A DNA stretch of 64,000 nt from Patescibacteria group bacterium (GCA_041737595.1 JBGSRK010000011.1:75806-139805); one strand, 5' to 3'. Shown: positions 41,975 to 56,289, counted from the first letter of the stretch. The notes: a model not told the origin generated them from the letters alone. Program-made: numbers and translations.

Positions 41975-43339
41975 CTATTTAAAATATTTTTTTACTAATT
42001 TATTAAACTGAGCACCACGATCAAACTCATTTTTAAATTTTTCAAAACTAGAACCTCCTGGGGAAAATATTATTGTACCTTTATATTTTAATTGAGCAAC
42101 AACCTTAATGATATCTTCTAAATTTTTGTAAGGGACTGAATCAATTTTCATTTCTTTTAAAAGTTTAGTAGTAGCACTCCCTTCTAAAAAGAATGTTTTT
42201 TCTGGTTTTAAATTATTCTTAATCGATTTAGCTATTTTAGTAAAATCCAAATTTTTATCAGTACCACCTGTGATTAAAATTACATTATCATTTTTGTACT
42301 TTTCAATGGCAGCCATAGTTGCTTCTGGCATTGTGCTTGTTGAATCGTTAATAATTTTTAGACTGTTTTTTATATAGATAACCTGTTGCCTGAAAACTGG
42401 ATTTTCTAATTCTTTAATTTTTCCAAATATTTTATTCCAACTTATACCATATAGATATGAAGCAAGTGCAGCAAACATAAAATTTGTTTTTTCGTGTGGA
42501 GCAAAATTTGGGAGTTCTCCAATTTTTTTAGTGGTCTTACCTTTTTTAAAATAAACTTTGTTTTTTTTTGTAAATAGCCCATCTTTATTTTTAGGTAGCT
42601 CTTTCAAAGAAATGTACAATAATTGACTTTTTGGTTTGTCTTTTTCAATATCTTTTCTAATATTTTCATCATTACTAATAATTAAATAATCACTTTCTTT
42701 TTGATTTGCATAAATTAGTTTTTTTATCCTTGAATATCTTTTAATTGTCTTATATCTGTTTAAATGATCGCTATAGATATTAGTTAAAATTGCAATATTA
42801 GGTGAACGATCTTTTTTGGAGATATGTTCTAGTTGGAATGAGGATAGTTCTAAAACAAAAGTATTTGTTTTTTTATCTTGAATCTTAAAAAGAGCTGCTT
42901 CTTGGACATTACCTCCTAAAATAGCATCATCAATAAGTTTTTTTGTCCAAGTAGAAACCGTTGTTTTCCCTCTTGTCCCTGTTATCCCAATAATTTTTAC
43001 GGTTGGATTTTTTTTCTCTATATTTTTTAAGAAAAAAGTGTAGTCACTATAATACTCTTTTTTCAGTTCTTTTAATCTTTTAACAAGTGGTGAAAAATTT
43101 GAAACAGCAGGGTTAAGTATTACGATATCAGCCTTTTTAATGTCTGAAATTCTATTTTTACCAAGAATATAAGTAATATTTTTTGGTAGTTTATCTATCA
43201 TTGGCTGTAGTAAATCTTTGTTACGTAGGTCAGTGATAGTTAGTATGGCACCTTTTTTAATTAGATATTTAGCCATTGCTAAACCACCGCCAATTATCCC
43301 GAGTCCAATTAATAATACTTTTTTGTTTTTTAATTCCAT
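41975..43339 (-). CDS. murD: UDP-N-acetylmuramoyl-L-alanine--D-glutamate ligase
   Basis: GITGTRGKTT, ELSSFQL, DHLNRY, SPGGSSF...RG. Confidence 0.93.
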   Translation of the reverse strand: MELKNKKVLLIGLGIIGGGLAMAKYLIKKGAILTITDLRNKDLLQPMIDKLPKNITYILGKNRISDIKKADIVILNPAVSNFSPLVKRLKELKKEYYSDYTFFLKNIEKKNPTVKIIGITGTRGKTTVSTWTKKLIDDAILGGNVQEAALFKIQDKKTNTFVLELSSFQLEHISKKDRSPNIAILTNIYSDHLNRYKTIKRYSRIKKLIYANQKESDYLIISNDENIRKDIEKDKPKSQLLYISLKELPKNKDGLFTKKNKVYFKKGKTTKKIGELPNFAPHEKTNFMFAALASYLYGISWNKIFGKIKELENPVFRQQVIYIKNSLKIINDSTSTMPEATMAAIEKYKNDNVILITGGTDKNLDFTKIAKSIKNNLKPEKTFFLEGSATTKLLKEMKIDSVPYKNLEDIIKVVAQLKYKGTIIFSPGGSSFEKFKNEFDRGAQFNKLVKKYFK

Positions 43340-43395
43340 GATCTTTATAATTTTACCTTACTTTATATTTTTCTCAATCAGATTTATAATAAGGT

Positions 43396-43614
43396 ATGAG
43401 AAAATTATTACAGTTTATAATATCAGTTGTATTTTTATTCTCATTAGTTTGGAATTTTATTAATATAGACTCAAAGTCTCATTCGGTTTCAGATACTTTG
43501 ATAGGTTTTATACCATTAATGGCTTTAATTGCTATAATATATTTATTGGCTTTTATTATTATAAATGATCTAGATTTAATTTTTTCAAAAGATCGTAAAT
43601 TTAAAAGGAGATAG
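43396..43614 (+). CDS. small membrane protein
   Basis: Two hydrophobic segments. Confidence 0.5.
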   Translation: MRKLLQFIISVVFLFSLVWNFINIDSKSHSVSDTLIGFIPLMALIAIIYLLAFIIINDLDLIFSKDRKFKRR

Positions 43615-43615
43615 G

Positions 43616-44197
43616 ATGAAAAAAATATTAAAAAATGTATGGTTCTGGATAGGAATAATAGTATTAATATTGGTTCTTTCTGGCGGTGGATATTATTTTT
43701 ATAAAAACCAATCGAAATTTAAAACTGAAACAAATAATTCTGAGGAGATATCTAATAATGATCAGGCTACAGAAAAAACTGATGCAGGGGCCACAGAAAC
43801 TGTTATAAACCCAAACGAAGGAGGACCAACCCCGGAAGTTAATACCGCACTATCTGAACTTTCAAATGTAACTTTGACTGCTTATTTGATGACCTTGAAT
43901 ACTACATCTGCAGATGGTAAAACACAAATACCCGCAAATAGTATTCAACCATATTTTTTCCCTTCTGGTTCTGGAGTTTTTAGTATCCAAAAATTAGTTG
44001 GAGTAAATTGGACAGATATTGCTTCAAACATTAGTTATCCCGGCCATGGTGGGATAGCAGGTTCTTATACCACAACTACAGAAGATAATATAAATTACCG
44101 TGTTATCAAAATAGAAAATAATAAGGCCGTATCAGTTTCGAAAATTTTTGTAGTTAAAAGGGCCGATCTTTCTGATGGCTTTAAAACATATAATTAG
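43616..44197 (+). CDS. membrane-anchored hypothetical protein
   Basis: N-terminal TM, polar linker, beta-rich domain. Confidence 0.7.
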   Translation: MKKILKNVWFWIGIIVLILVLSGGGYYFYKNQSKFKTETNNSEEISNNDQATEKTDAGATETVINPNEGGPTPEVNTALSELSNVTLTAYLMTLNTTSADGKTQIPANSIQPYFFPSGSGVFSIQKLVGVNWTDIASNISYPGHGGIAGSYTTTTEDNINYRVIKIENNKAVSVSKIFVVKRADLSDGFKTYN

Positions 44198-44210
44198 GGA
44201 ATGGGGTTAA

Positions 44211-44474
44211 TTGAATTTAGAAAAATTTAAAACTGACACAAAATTATTTAGTTATCTTCTAATGGGGCTTGCGATAATCTTTGTATTAATATTTCTCTTT
44301 GTATTTGGTTTTGCAATAATCTTTTTTGTTATTTTAGTTGGATGGGTAATTTTAGTTTTTTATTATCTAAAATTTTTAGTTAAATATAATTTTACAGCAA
44401 GAATTATAGCAATTATAGTAGCTATATTGTTAACAATCGGAATATTCTTTTTGGCTTATAACCTTTTGTTATAA
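44211..44474 (+). CDS. small membrane protein
   Basis: Highly hydrophobic 87 aa. Confidence 0.55.
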   Translation: MNLEKFKTDTKLFSYLLMGLAIIFVLIFLFVFGFAIIFFVILVGWVILVFYYLKFLVKYNFTARIIAIIVAILLTIGIFFLAYNLLL

Positions 44475-44564
44475 AATAGATAATTAAGATAGCATTGACA
44501 TAAGAATTTTTTAATATATAATAATATTTGTGTCCAAACGGACAGTAACTCAAATTGTCGAAAG

Positions 44565-44942
44565 GTGGTGTTTGGTGTGAGCCGAAAAATTGTGCTTGTA
44601 ATTGAGGATGACCAGATGATAGCTTTGCTTCATCAAACGATCCTTTCTCACAATGGGTACAAGGTGGTTCATGTAATGAGCATTGAAGAAGCGAAGAAAG
44701 TCATTTCTTCGAGTCAAAAAATCGATGCTTTCATCATTGATGGGAACATCATTGGCGGGAAAACGACCGAACTTGTGAAGGATATCAGAAAAAGATATCC
44801 AGATGCAAAATTGGTCGCTGCCTCTAGTGATGATGACATTCAGCGCGAGCTACTTGAAGTCGGTGCCGATACTTCGGCCCAGAAACATGAAGCCGCAACT
44901 CATCTTGTAACCATCATCGAAGACAATACCCACCCCGTGTAA
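44565..44942 (+). CDS. stand-alone response regulator receiver
   Basis: LVIEDD, FIID, conserved Lys; own TTGACA promoter upstream. Confidence 0.85.
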   Translation: MVFGVSRKIVLVIEDDQMIALLHQTILSHNGYKVVHVMSIEEAKKVISSSQKIDAFIIDGNIIGGKTTELVKDIRKRYPDAKLVAASSDDDIQRELLEVGADTSAQKHEAATHLVTIIEDNTHPV

Positions 44943-45007
44943 TGCAACCATTTCGTGTATTCTACGGGGTGTTTGCTTTATTATTAAAAAACAATTAAAG
45001 TTTATAT

Positions 45008-45607
45008 ATGAACTTATACATTCTTCTTACAAATACAGGGACTATTCTTACCCGGATAATTGGTCTTTTCACTGGTTATAAATATAATCATGTTTCTTTT
45101 GGTTTTGATAAAAATCTTGAATGTATATATAGTTTTGGTCGCCTTAAACCTAGAAATCCTTTTATCGGCGGTTTTGTAGAAGAAAATATTAACGAAGGGT
45201 TATATAAAATAAAAAAAAATACAAGAGGGTTAGTATTAAAAATTAAAATAGACAAAAATTTAAAATCAAAAATAGAAGAAAATTTAAAACCATTTATTAC
45301 TGAAAAACATTTATATGGCTATAATACATATGGTCTTATTAATAATGCACTTGGCAGAAATAATAAAAAAAATCATAGAAATTATTTCTGTTCTGAATTT
45401 GCGGCTAAAATTTTTAGTGAAAGTAAAGTCTATGATTTTAAAAAACCTGATGTTTTAGTTAGGCCAGAAGATTTTCTAAAGATAAATAGAGTGGTTACTG
45501 TATATGAAGGATTGCTTATTAATTATAATAAAAAGCTAGTAAAAAAACCCTTGCATTTGTGGATAAGTTTTGTTACAATTTTGAAGCTAATAAAAGGTTC
45601 GGATTAA
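45008..45607 (+). CDS. permuted papain-like (NlpC/P60-related) protein
   Basis: YNHVS and YFCSEF motifs. Confidence 0.7.
   Translation: MNLYILLTNTGTILTRIIGLFTGYKYNHVSFGFDKNLECIYSFGRLKPRNPFIGGFVEENINEGLYKIKKNTRGLVLKIKIDKNLKSKIEENLKPFITEKHLYGYNTYGLINNALGRNNKKNHRNYFCSEFAAKIFSESKVYDFKKPDVLVRPEDFLKINRVVTVYEGLLINYNKKLVKKPLHLWISFVTILKLIKGSD
45551..45579 (+). promoter_or_regulatory. putative promoter for 23S-5S unit with DnaA-box sequence in spacer
   Basis: TTGCAT-17bp-TACAAT; TGTGGATAA at 45558-45566. Confidence 0.5.
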
Positions 45608-46132
45608 ATGAACGCACAACAAAACTCAATAACAGGAGGCGAGGCGTAGTAATACAACCTATTTAATCTCTAGTTTTAGGTCGGCCCGCCGAATTGGCGG
45701 GATTTTTTATTAATAATTCGAGAGTTCAAAAGAAGAAAAACTTAATTGAGCTCTGGAGTAATTGTGTAGAGTAAAGAATAATTAATCTGATATTCTGTAT
45801 TTTTTATCTCAAATAATTATGGAGTTTCAGAAACTTAACAACTTAATAAAAGAAGGCAATTCAAAGCTTTAGATTAGTTATCTAAAGAAATCAAATTCTA
45901 ATCCCAATTGAATTTGCAAGTATGAATTGCCGGTTAAGGGTAGAGTCGAGTCGTTGCAACTACGTTGCACCGAAATTCTAAAATCTTAATTCTAAATTAT
46001 AAAAAAAATACTAAATTTAAATGTTTAAAGCATTAAGATTTAAAAATTATTTAAGATTTAAAAATTTAAAATTAGAGTTTCCGTGCAGCGTAGCTACACG
46101 GTTTGGCTCTTGCAATAAAACTAAATATTACG

Positions 46133-49527
<3,395 letters not shown>

Positions 49528-49728
49528 AAAACTCTATTTATAGAGACCTCATTATTTGAGGCGTAATAGTTTTACTTAACCGGCGATTTGTACTTGTAAA
49601 ATAACAAGTTATTAATACGGGCTTATATAATCACCCGGGGCCGTGTAGTCTCCCCCGCCCGCCTGGCCTAGCCACGCGAGGCCGGACTACACCCCTCGGT
49701 TGATTAACCTGTAATTTGAAGACAGTTT

Positions 49729-49844
49729 TCCCGGTGTCTTTAGCAAAGTGGCCACACCTGTTCCCATCTCGAACACAGAAGTTAAGCACTTTAGCGTCGA
49801 TGGTACTTGGGCTTATGTCCTGGAAGAGTAGATCGATGCCGGGT
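49729..49844 (+). rRNA. rrf: 5S rRNA
   Basis: cccggtgtc...cacctgttcccatctcgaacacagaagttaag...gatgccggg. Confidence 0.93.
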
Positions 49845-49996
49845 AAATTGTTTTTAAATAAAAAGTGTTCCTTTTTTGGAGCGCTTTTTTGTTTTTAACC
49901 ACAAGCAAAATTGAAAAAAATTGTGAGATTTTACGATGATTGTTTATATCAAATAAAGTTATTATATATATAGTAAAGATAAAAGTAGGAGATTTA

Positions 49997-50191
49997 ATGT
50001 CAGGAACAAAAGATGGTGGTATAAAAGCAGCCGAAACCAACAAGTCAAGACACGGTTCTGATTTTTATAAAAAAATCGGTGGCAAAGGTGGACTTGTGGT
50101 TGGTGTTAAAAAAGGGTTTGCAGCAAATCCAGAACTTGCAAGTAAAGCAGGTAAAAAGGGTGGAAAAATTTCTAAGAGAACAAAAAAATAG
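49997..50191 (+). CDS. KGG-repeat general stress protein
   Basis: FYKKIGGKGG, GFAANPELASKAGKKGG. Confidence 0.85.
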   Translation: MSGTKDGGIKAAETNKSRHGSDFYKKIGGKGGLVVGVKKGFAANPELASKAGKKGGKISKRTKK

Positions 50192-50234
50192 ATAAGACGA
50201 ACAATGTTCTTATTATTTAAACGTGGAGGTGAAT

Positions 50235-50381
50235 ATGAGATCAAAATCACCAAGACGAGTCGGGATGAAGAGAGATGTTGGGCATCCAGCCAATTTATAC
50301 TTTCGTCTTATTGAAAAAGGTAGGGCACTTAGAAATAAGATTAAAAACCCTCATCAAAAGTATAAGATAGTAGGCCAATAG
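50235..50381 (+). CDS. small basic hypothetical protein (48 aa)
   Basis: Strong ggaggtg RBS; followed by terminator. Confidence 0.45.
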   Translation: MRSKSPRRVGMKRDVGHPANLYFRLIEKGRALRNKIKNPHQKYKIVGQ

Positions 50382-50387
50382 GCAATC

Positions 50388-50418
50388 AAAAAAACCGGAC
50401 CATGTGTCCGGTTTTTTT
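50388..50418. terminator. bidirectional intrinsic terminator
   Basis: aaaaaaaccggac-catgt-gtccggttttttt. Confidence 0.8.
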
Positions 50419-50529
50419 AGTTAAAATTATTGACCAAAAAGCAAAGCTGTGTTATAATTAATTTGAAATCAAAAAAGTTATTTTTATTTAATATATTTAT
50501 ATCATAATAGTGAGGGAGGTAATTTAACT

Positions 50530-51186
50530 ATGAATTTAGCGCATTATTTAATTTCAGGTGGGATCCCCCAAGAAACAATTTTTTTGCTTCTTTCTTTACC
50601 ATTTATAGCACTTTTGGTAAGTTTTTTTAGACATTTTGTTGGCGTAAAAACATTTGGTATGTATGAGCCGATTGTAATCGCATATTCTTTATATTTTGTT
50701 TCAACAGATTTTTTTGTTGGTTTAAAATTTGGACTACCTATTATATTTTTAGCGTGGATGGTTAGTGAAATTTTAAAAAGAGTATTCGAAAAATCCAAAT
50801 TACATTATATTTCCAAAGTTTCACTCAAAATATCTATTGCTAGCATTGTTATTTTAGGGTTACTGGCTCTTGCAGTATATTTCGGCAAAAATGGATACTT
50901 CACTGTTTCTGCACTTCCAATTGTTATTATTTTAACATTAGTAGAATCAATTAGCCTTTTTCAAATAAAGGCTGGGAGCATGAAAACAAATATTATTACA
51001 CTGGAAACTTTAATTGTTGCGCTTTTAAGTTATGCTTTTATTTCAAGTAATTGGATTCAATTATATATTATTAACAATTATTATTTAATTCTTATCCCAC
51101 TGCTTGGTAGTTATTATGTTGGTAAATGGAAAGGACTTCGAATTTCTGAATATCTTAGATTCAAAAATTCATTAAAAGATGACTAG
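50530..51186 (+). CDS. 7TM domain protein (inactive-transglutaminase-associated type)
   Basis: RHFVGVKTFGMYEP, GKWKGLRISEYLRF. Confidence 0.85.
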   Translation: MNLAHYLISGGIPQETIFLLLSLPFIALLVSFFRHFVGVKTFGMYEPIVIAYSLYFVSTDFFVGLKFGLPIIFLAWMVSEILKRVFEKSKLHYISKVSLKISIASIVILGLLALAVYFGKNGYFTVSALPIVIILTLVESISLFQIKAGSMKTNIITLETLIVALLSYAFISSNWIQLYIINNYYLILIPLLGSYYVGKWKGLRISEYLRFKNSLKDD

Positions 51187-52576
51187 TATTATATCATTTT
51201 TCCAAAATAGAAAAGATATTTTAGGGATGAATGACAGAAATTATTCCTATAAGATTTCTGATTCAAAAAAAATAAGAATAGCTGATAATAAACTGTTAAC
51301 AAAAAAAATATTAAAAAAATCAGATATTCCAACTCCAGAGCTATATGGTGTTATACGTAGTCGTGAACAACTTGAGGCTTTCGATTTTGAAAAACTTCCC
51401 AAAAGTTTTGTTTTAAAACCAGCACGAGGTCTTAAAGGTGCTGGTATTAATATTTATTATAATAGAGGGAAAGATGGTCGCTGGATACTTGCAGATAGAA
51501 AAAAGCATAGTATAGATGATCTTAAGACACATATTGGGAATATATTAGATGGACAATATTCTATTGGTGTAACTCCAAAACCTTCCGCCGCTATATTTGA
51601 AGAAAGAGTAAAAATTCATAATTCTTTTCGATTATATTCATACAGGGGGATACCTGATATTAGGGTTATAGTCTATAAAGGAATTCCTGTAATGGCGATG
51701 TTAAGACTTTCAACCCATGAATCAGGTGGTAAGGCGAATATTTCTCTCGGAGCTATTGGAGTAGGGATTGATATGGCAACAGGGGTTACAACAACCGCAA
51801 TTAAAAATAATTTTTTGATTGAAAATGCTCCTGGAACAAATTTAAAGTTGTCAGGCATAAGAATACCATATTGGACAAAAATTCTAAGAATGTCTAATCG
51901 ATGTTCATCTGCATCTGGTATAAATTATTTAGGGGTTGATGTTATTATTGACAAAGAAAAAGGTCCGCTTATTGTAGAATTAAATGCCAGGCCAGGTCTT
52001 GGTATCCAGTCTGCTAATCAAGCAGGGTTAAAAGAGCGATTATTGCGTGTAAAAAAATTAAAGAATATTACCGAAGACAGGGCTGTACGTCTTGCAAAGG
52101 ATTTGTTTGGGGGTGAAATTGAAGAAGAAATTGAAGAAATTTCCGGTAGAGAAGTCATTGGTTTAAAAGAAAGTGTTATTTTTAAAGGTAAGAATGATGA
52201 AGAAATAAAAGTAGATTGTAAAATCGATACAGGGGCAGAATCTTCCTCTATTGATGAGAAGATTGCTGAATTACTCGGTTATTCGGACGCTGTTAGTGAA
52301 TTTAAAAAAAATATTACAAACGAAATTATAGATCTTAATAAAGAAGATAGAAAAAAAATAATCAAAAAAATGAATATTCATAAAGATATAAGTGCTCTTG
52401 TCCCAATAAAATCAGCTTCTGGTTCTGATTATCGTATTAAGCTAGTGATTCCAGCGAAAATTGGCGAAAAGAATTTTTTAATGAGAGCTACAATTGCAGA
52501 CCGAACAAATCTCACATATCCTGTTATTATAGGTAAAAAAGATTTACGAGAATTTTTAATAGATCCAAGAAAGTAA
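51179..52576 (+). CDS. alpha-L-glutamate ligase-like ATP-grasp fused to RimK-associated protease domain
   Basis: ILGMNDRN, GIPDIRVIV, ELNARPGLGIQ; C-terminal KIDTGA...DRTNLTYPVIIG. Confidence 0.85.
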   Translation: MTSIISFFQNRKDILGMNDRNYSYKISDSKKIRIADNKLLTKKILKKSDIPTPELYGVIRSREQLEAFDFEKLPKSFVLKPARGLKGAGINIYYNRGKDGRWILADRKKHSIDDLKTHIGNILDGQYSIGVTPKPSAAIFEERVKIHNSFRLYSYRGIPDIRVIVYKGIPVMAMLRLSTHESGGKANISLGAIGVGIDMATGVTTTAIKNNFLIENAPGTNLKLSGIRIPYWTKILRMSNRCSSASGINYLGVDVIIDKEKGPLIVELNARPGLGIQSANQAGLKERLLRVKKLKNITEDRAVRLAKDLFGGEIEEEIEEISGREVIGLKESVIFKGKNDEEIKVDCKIDTGAESSSIDEKIAELLGYSDAVSEFKKNITNEIIDLNKEDRKKIIKKMNIHKDISALVPIKSASGSDYRIKLVIPAKIGEKNFLMRATIADRTNLTYPVIIGKKDLREFLIDPRK

Positions 52577-52581
52577 ATATT

Positions 52582-53532
52582 ATGAAAAACATTGTAATTA
52601 TATATAAGAGTGATAATTGGGCAAAGAACAGGCCTATAACCAATGATGTTGCAAGGTCCTCTTATGAAAACTGGCATGAATGGGGCATAGAAAATGATAT
52701 TTCAATATATCATGCAAGTATTGGATGGTACGATTTAGATAAAAATATTTTTGAAAAAACATGGTCATATCGAAGTGGTAAATGGGTTAAAAACAAAAAA
52801 CCGATTAAACCAGATTTAATTTTCGATAAAATAAAAGGTAGTCGGGATTATGAAATGTTCGATTATAAAATGAAAATTAACAAAAAAGTTAAAATCATTA
52901 ATAGCCCCTTGTTTAGAGCATTAATAGATAATAAATTAAACCAATATATTTTATTTTCAGATATTATGCCAGATACCAGATTAATTTCTAACAAAAATGA
53001 ATTAGCTTCTAATTTGCTTGAATTTAGACAGTCAAAAGTTGTTCTAAAACCATTTTATGGATCGGGTGGTTTTGGTATAACTATTTGTGAGAAAGAAGAT
53101 GCTTTAAATATTGATATCGAATACCCAATTTTACTTCAAGAATTTATTAGTGGTGGCGGCATACCAAACTTTTCTAACAAAAATGAATTAGCCGATTTAA
53201 GATTAATATATGTGAATAATAAACTTATATATGCTTTATCAAGAATTGCTAAGGGAGAATCTTTATTTACTAACTTTCATCAAGGCGCTAGTGCAGTTTT
53301 AGTCCCAATAAATAAAATACCCAAAAATACTACATTATTAGCTAATAAGATTATTAAAAAACTATCAATATTTCAAGAAACACATTATTCTTTGGATTTT
53401 ATTTTTGATAAAAATGGTGAAACTATTTTTATGGAAATGAATTCAACCCCAGGGTTAGACTTACTGGGGATAGTCGGTACAAAAGATATAAAAAATAATT
53501 TTTATAAAAAGATAAGCAGGTTAATTGTATGA
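52582..53532 (+). CDS. ATP-grasp domain protein
   Basis: VLKPFYGSGGFGI, DLRL, TNFHQG, MEMNSTPG. Confidence 0.8.
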   Translation: MKNIVIIYKSDNWAKNRPITNDVARSSYENWHEWGIENDISIYHASIGWYDLDKNIFEKTWSYRSGKWVKNKKPIKPDLIFDKIKGSRDYEMFDYKMKINKKVKIINSPLFRALIDNKLNQYILFSDIMPDTRLISNKNELASNLLEFRQSKVVLKPFYGSGGFGITICEKEDALNIDIEYPILLQEFISGGGIPNFSNKNELADLRLIYVNNKLIYALSRIAKGESLFTNFHQGASAVLVPINKIPKNTTLLANKIIKKLSIFQETHYSLDFIFDKNGETIFMEMNSTPGLDLLGIVGTKDIKNNFYKKISRLIV

Positions 53533-54587
53533 AAAATAAAATAAAAATTGCGATAGTTACTTCAGCATTTGGTGACACTGGTGGGCCAGAGGTTGCTACA
53601 TTAAACCTCACGAATGCTTTGGTAAAAAAAAATATTAATGTCACACTATTTGCCCCAGCAGATTTTAATACAAATGCAAAACATGTTTCAACTTTAGAAA
53701 AAAGTATATGGAAAATGGATGATTTTAAGGATCAATCAAGATTTTTGAGAAGAAACTATATTATAGCAAGCCAAACAAAAGTACTGTCATTTAATGACTT
53801 TGATTTAATACACTTACATACCCAAAAATATGCATACTCAATCGGTGTTAATGCTAAATGCCCCTGTATTTTAACTTATCACAGTAAAATTACTAAACCT
53901 GAATTTGAACAAATATCTAAAGGAGGTATATATACAGTTGCTCAGACTAAAAGCCATAGAAATGGGAACAAAACAACCGCGGTTATACCAAATGGTATAG
54001 ATACCTCAAAAATATCTCCATGCTTTGATAAGGGGAAATATTTAATTACTGCAGGAAGACTTAATAACAATAAAGGGATAGATATTGCAATTAAAATAGC
54101 TAAAAAGTCTCAAAAAAAATTAATAATTATTGGTAGAATAGGTATCTCTGATGAAAGAAAAAAATATTATAATGATAAAATTTTACCTTTTTTAAATAAA
54201 AATATCATTCATATTGAAGAAATGCCTCAAAAGGAACTATTTGAATATATTAAAAAAGCTGAAGCACTTTTAATCCCAATTAGACCAGCTAGTGGTTTTG
54301 GTATCAAGATATGCCCACTTTTAGTTATGGAAGCACTTGCATGTGGAACCCCAATAATTGGGACACCTATAAACTCTATGGGGGATCAATTTGATAAAAA
54401 TTCTATAGGTATGCTTTCAAATAATATCAATGATTTAATACAATCTGCAAAAAATACAGATAAATTTGATCGTAAAAAATGTAGAGAGTATGCTGAAAAA
54501 TATTTTGATTCATCAATTATGGCAGAAAAATATTTAAAGTTATACCAAAAAATTTTACAAAATAAAAAATCTAAGTTTCATTTATAA
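53529..54587 (+). CDS. glycosyltransferase family 4
   Basis: GGPE, IPNGID, GRL...KG, MEALACGTPII. Confidence 0.9.
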   Translation: MKNKIKIAIVTSAFGDTGGPEVATLNLTNALVKKNINVTLFAPADFNTNAKHVSTLEKSIWKMDDFKDQSRFLRRNYIIASQTKVLSFNDFDLIHLHTQKYAYSIGVNAKCPCILTYHSKITKPEFEQISKGGIYTVAQTKSHRNGNKTTAVIPNGIDTSKISPCFDKGKYLITAGRLNNNKGIDIAIKIAKKSQKKLIIIGRIGISDERKKYYNDKILPFLNKNIIHIEEMPQKELFEYIKKAEALLIPIRPASGFGIKICPLLVMEALACGTPIIGTPINSMGDQFDKNSIGMLSNNINDLIQSAKNTDKFDRKKCREYAEKYFDSSIMAEKYLKLYQKILQNKKSKFHL

Positions 54588-54589
54588 AA

Positions 54590-55816
54590 CTATTTTAATT
54601 CTCTTATAAAGGATTCGGGAACTAAATTTTTATTAGTCTTGATATAAACTTTCTTATCTTTTTCGCCTGGGTTTACTTCTTCTATTATTAAATTTTTGTC
54701 AGATATTATTTCTGTAATTTTTATTTTTTCGATTCCAATGGGTGAAATGACTTCATAAGATTTATTAATCATAAATTTATTTTTAACAATAATTTCAGCG
54801 ATATTATCTTTAACTGATAAAACATACCCTAAATATCTTGGACCATAAATTGGCGCACGGTCATTAAAAGTTTCACCTTCTTTTGCATCTCCAAAAATAA
54901 AACCAGTAGTATATGGGCGATGAGTAATTTTATCTGCCTCATTTTTCAGTTTTTTTATGTACTTCACTTTAGCGACGTGGTTTGTTAAATTATCTAAACC
55001 AGAGCGATAAAGACGCCCCACAGATGCAAGATAAAAATCTGTTTTGTTACGACCTTCAATTTTAAGAGCATCAACATATGGCGATATTTTATCTAAATAT
55101 TCAATAAGACATAAATCTTTTGAATTCATAATATATGTTCCATTTTCGTTGCTTTCGACTTGCATTAACTGATTTTTTCGAGAGGAATCTTCAATATATA
55201 TATTGTATGGCCAACGACAGGGTTGAGTACATTCTCCTAAATTTGCAGAACGACCAGTAAGTGCGTGAGAAAGTAAGCATCTTCCTGAATATGAAATACA
55301 CATTGCCCCATGAACAAAAACCTCAATTTCCATTTTAGGGACAGCTTTTTTTATTTCTTTAATTTCTCTTAAAGTAGTCTCGCGCCCAAGCACAATTCTT
55401 TTCACCCCAATTGTTTGCCAAAATTTAACTGACTCACTATTAATTGTATTTGCTTGAGTCGAAAGATGAATTGGTACGAGGGGGGCAACCCTTTTTGCGA
55501 TATTAAGAACTCCTGGATCTGCAATTATAAATGCATCTGGTTTTTCGTGGGCTAATTTTTTTATATCCTCTTCAATGCTTTTTAAATGTTTATTGTGCGC
55601 AAAAATATTAAAAGTAATATAAAGCTTTTTATCCAATGAATGGGCGAGTTTGATTGCTTTTTTAATTTCAGTAATATTAAAACGAACTTCTGCTTTTCGG
55701 AGAGAATGTTTATTTAAACCAACATAAACTGCATCTGCACCATAGATGTATGCAATTTTTGCTCTATGTAAATCTCCACCTGGGAGAACTAATTCTGGGA
55801 TAGCTTTATTATTCAT
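54590..55816 (-). CDS. U32 family peptidase (TrhP/YegQ-like)
   Basis: YGADAVY, HGAMCISYSGRCLLS, CTQPCRW, LKIEGR. Confidence 0.92.
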   Translation of the reverse strand: MNNKAIPELVLPGGDLHRAKIAYIYGADAVYVGLNKHSLRKAEVRFNITEIKKAIKLAHSLDKKLYITFNIFAHNKHLKSIEEDIKKLAHEKPDAFIIADPGVLNIAKRVAPLVPIHLSTQANTINSESVKFWQTIGVKRIVLGRETTLREIKEIKKAVPKMEIEVFVHGAMCISYSGRCLLSHALTGRSANLGECTQPCRWPYNIYIEDSSRKNQLMQVESNENGTYIMNSKDLCLIEYLDKISPYVDALKIEGRNKTDFYLASVGRLYRSGLDNLTNHVAKVKYIKKLKNEADKITHRPYTTGFIFGDAKEGETFNDRAPIYGPRYLGYVLSVKDNIAEIIVKNKFMINKSYEVISPIGIEKIKITEIISDKNLIIEEVNPGEKDKKVYIKTNKNLVPESFIRELK

Positions 55817-55923
55817 TTTGCCAAAACATTATATCAATATAAATATTAAAAGTCACAAAATTCAAAAAAGATGTATAATTATATTAATAAAGGGGGAATC
55901 AAGCTAACTAAGGAGGGATCCCT

Positions 55924-56289
55924 GTGTACCTTATTGAAGCTCTTTCTAGTCTCAATGGACAGATCCCTCAGTGTTTGAGGGAACAGTTTGAATCACTACC
56001 GCAACAAGTTCTAGAAGAAACAGTGGTTACTCACATTGGGGAATGTGGGAGTGGCGTAGGATATGTCGCAAGAGTAGTTACGGGTCCAATGGTCCCGTAT
56101 GGTAAAACGGATGGCGTCCTTATTTGCGCCAGTGAACAAATTTGTTCACAATGTGGGCGTTGCCGTCAAATACCTACTAGCTTTATCGGAGTTAATATCC
56201 GAGTAGCGGGGGGAAATAACGGTGGCTCCATTGCTTATCCGTGCTATAAGTTGGACTATGAAGAGTGGATACCAGAGCTGACAAAGTAG
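55924..56289 (+). CDS. hypothetical Cys-containing protein, higher GC
   Basis: aaggaggg RBS; CSQCGRC. Confidence 0.55.
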   Translation: MYLIEALSSLNGQIPQCLREQFESLPQQVLEETVVTHIGECGSGVGYVARVVTGPMVPYGKTDGVLICASEQICSQCGRCRQIPTSFIGVNIRVAGGNNGGSIAYPCYKLDYEEWIPELTK

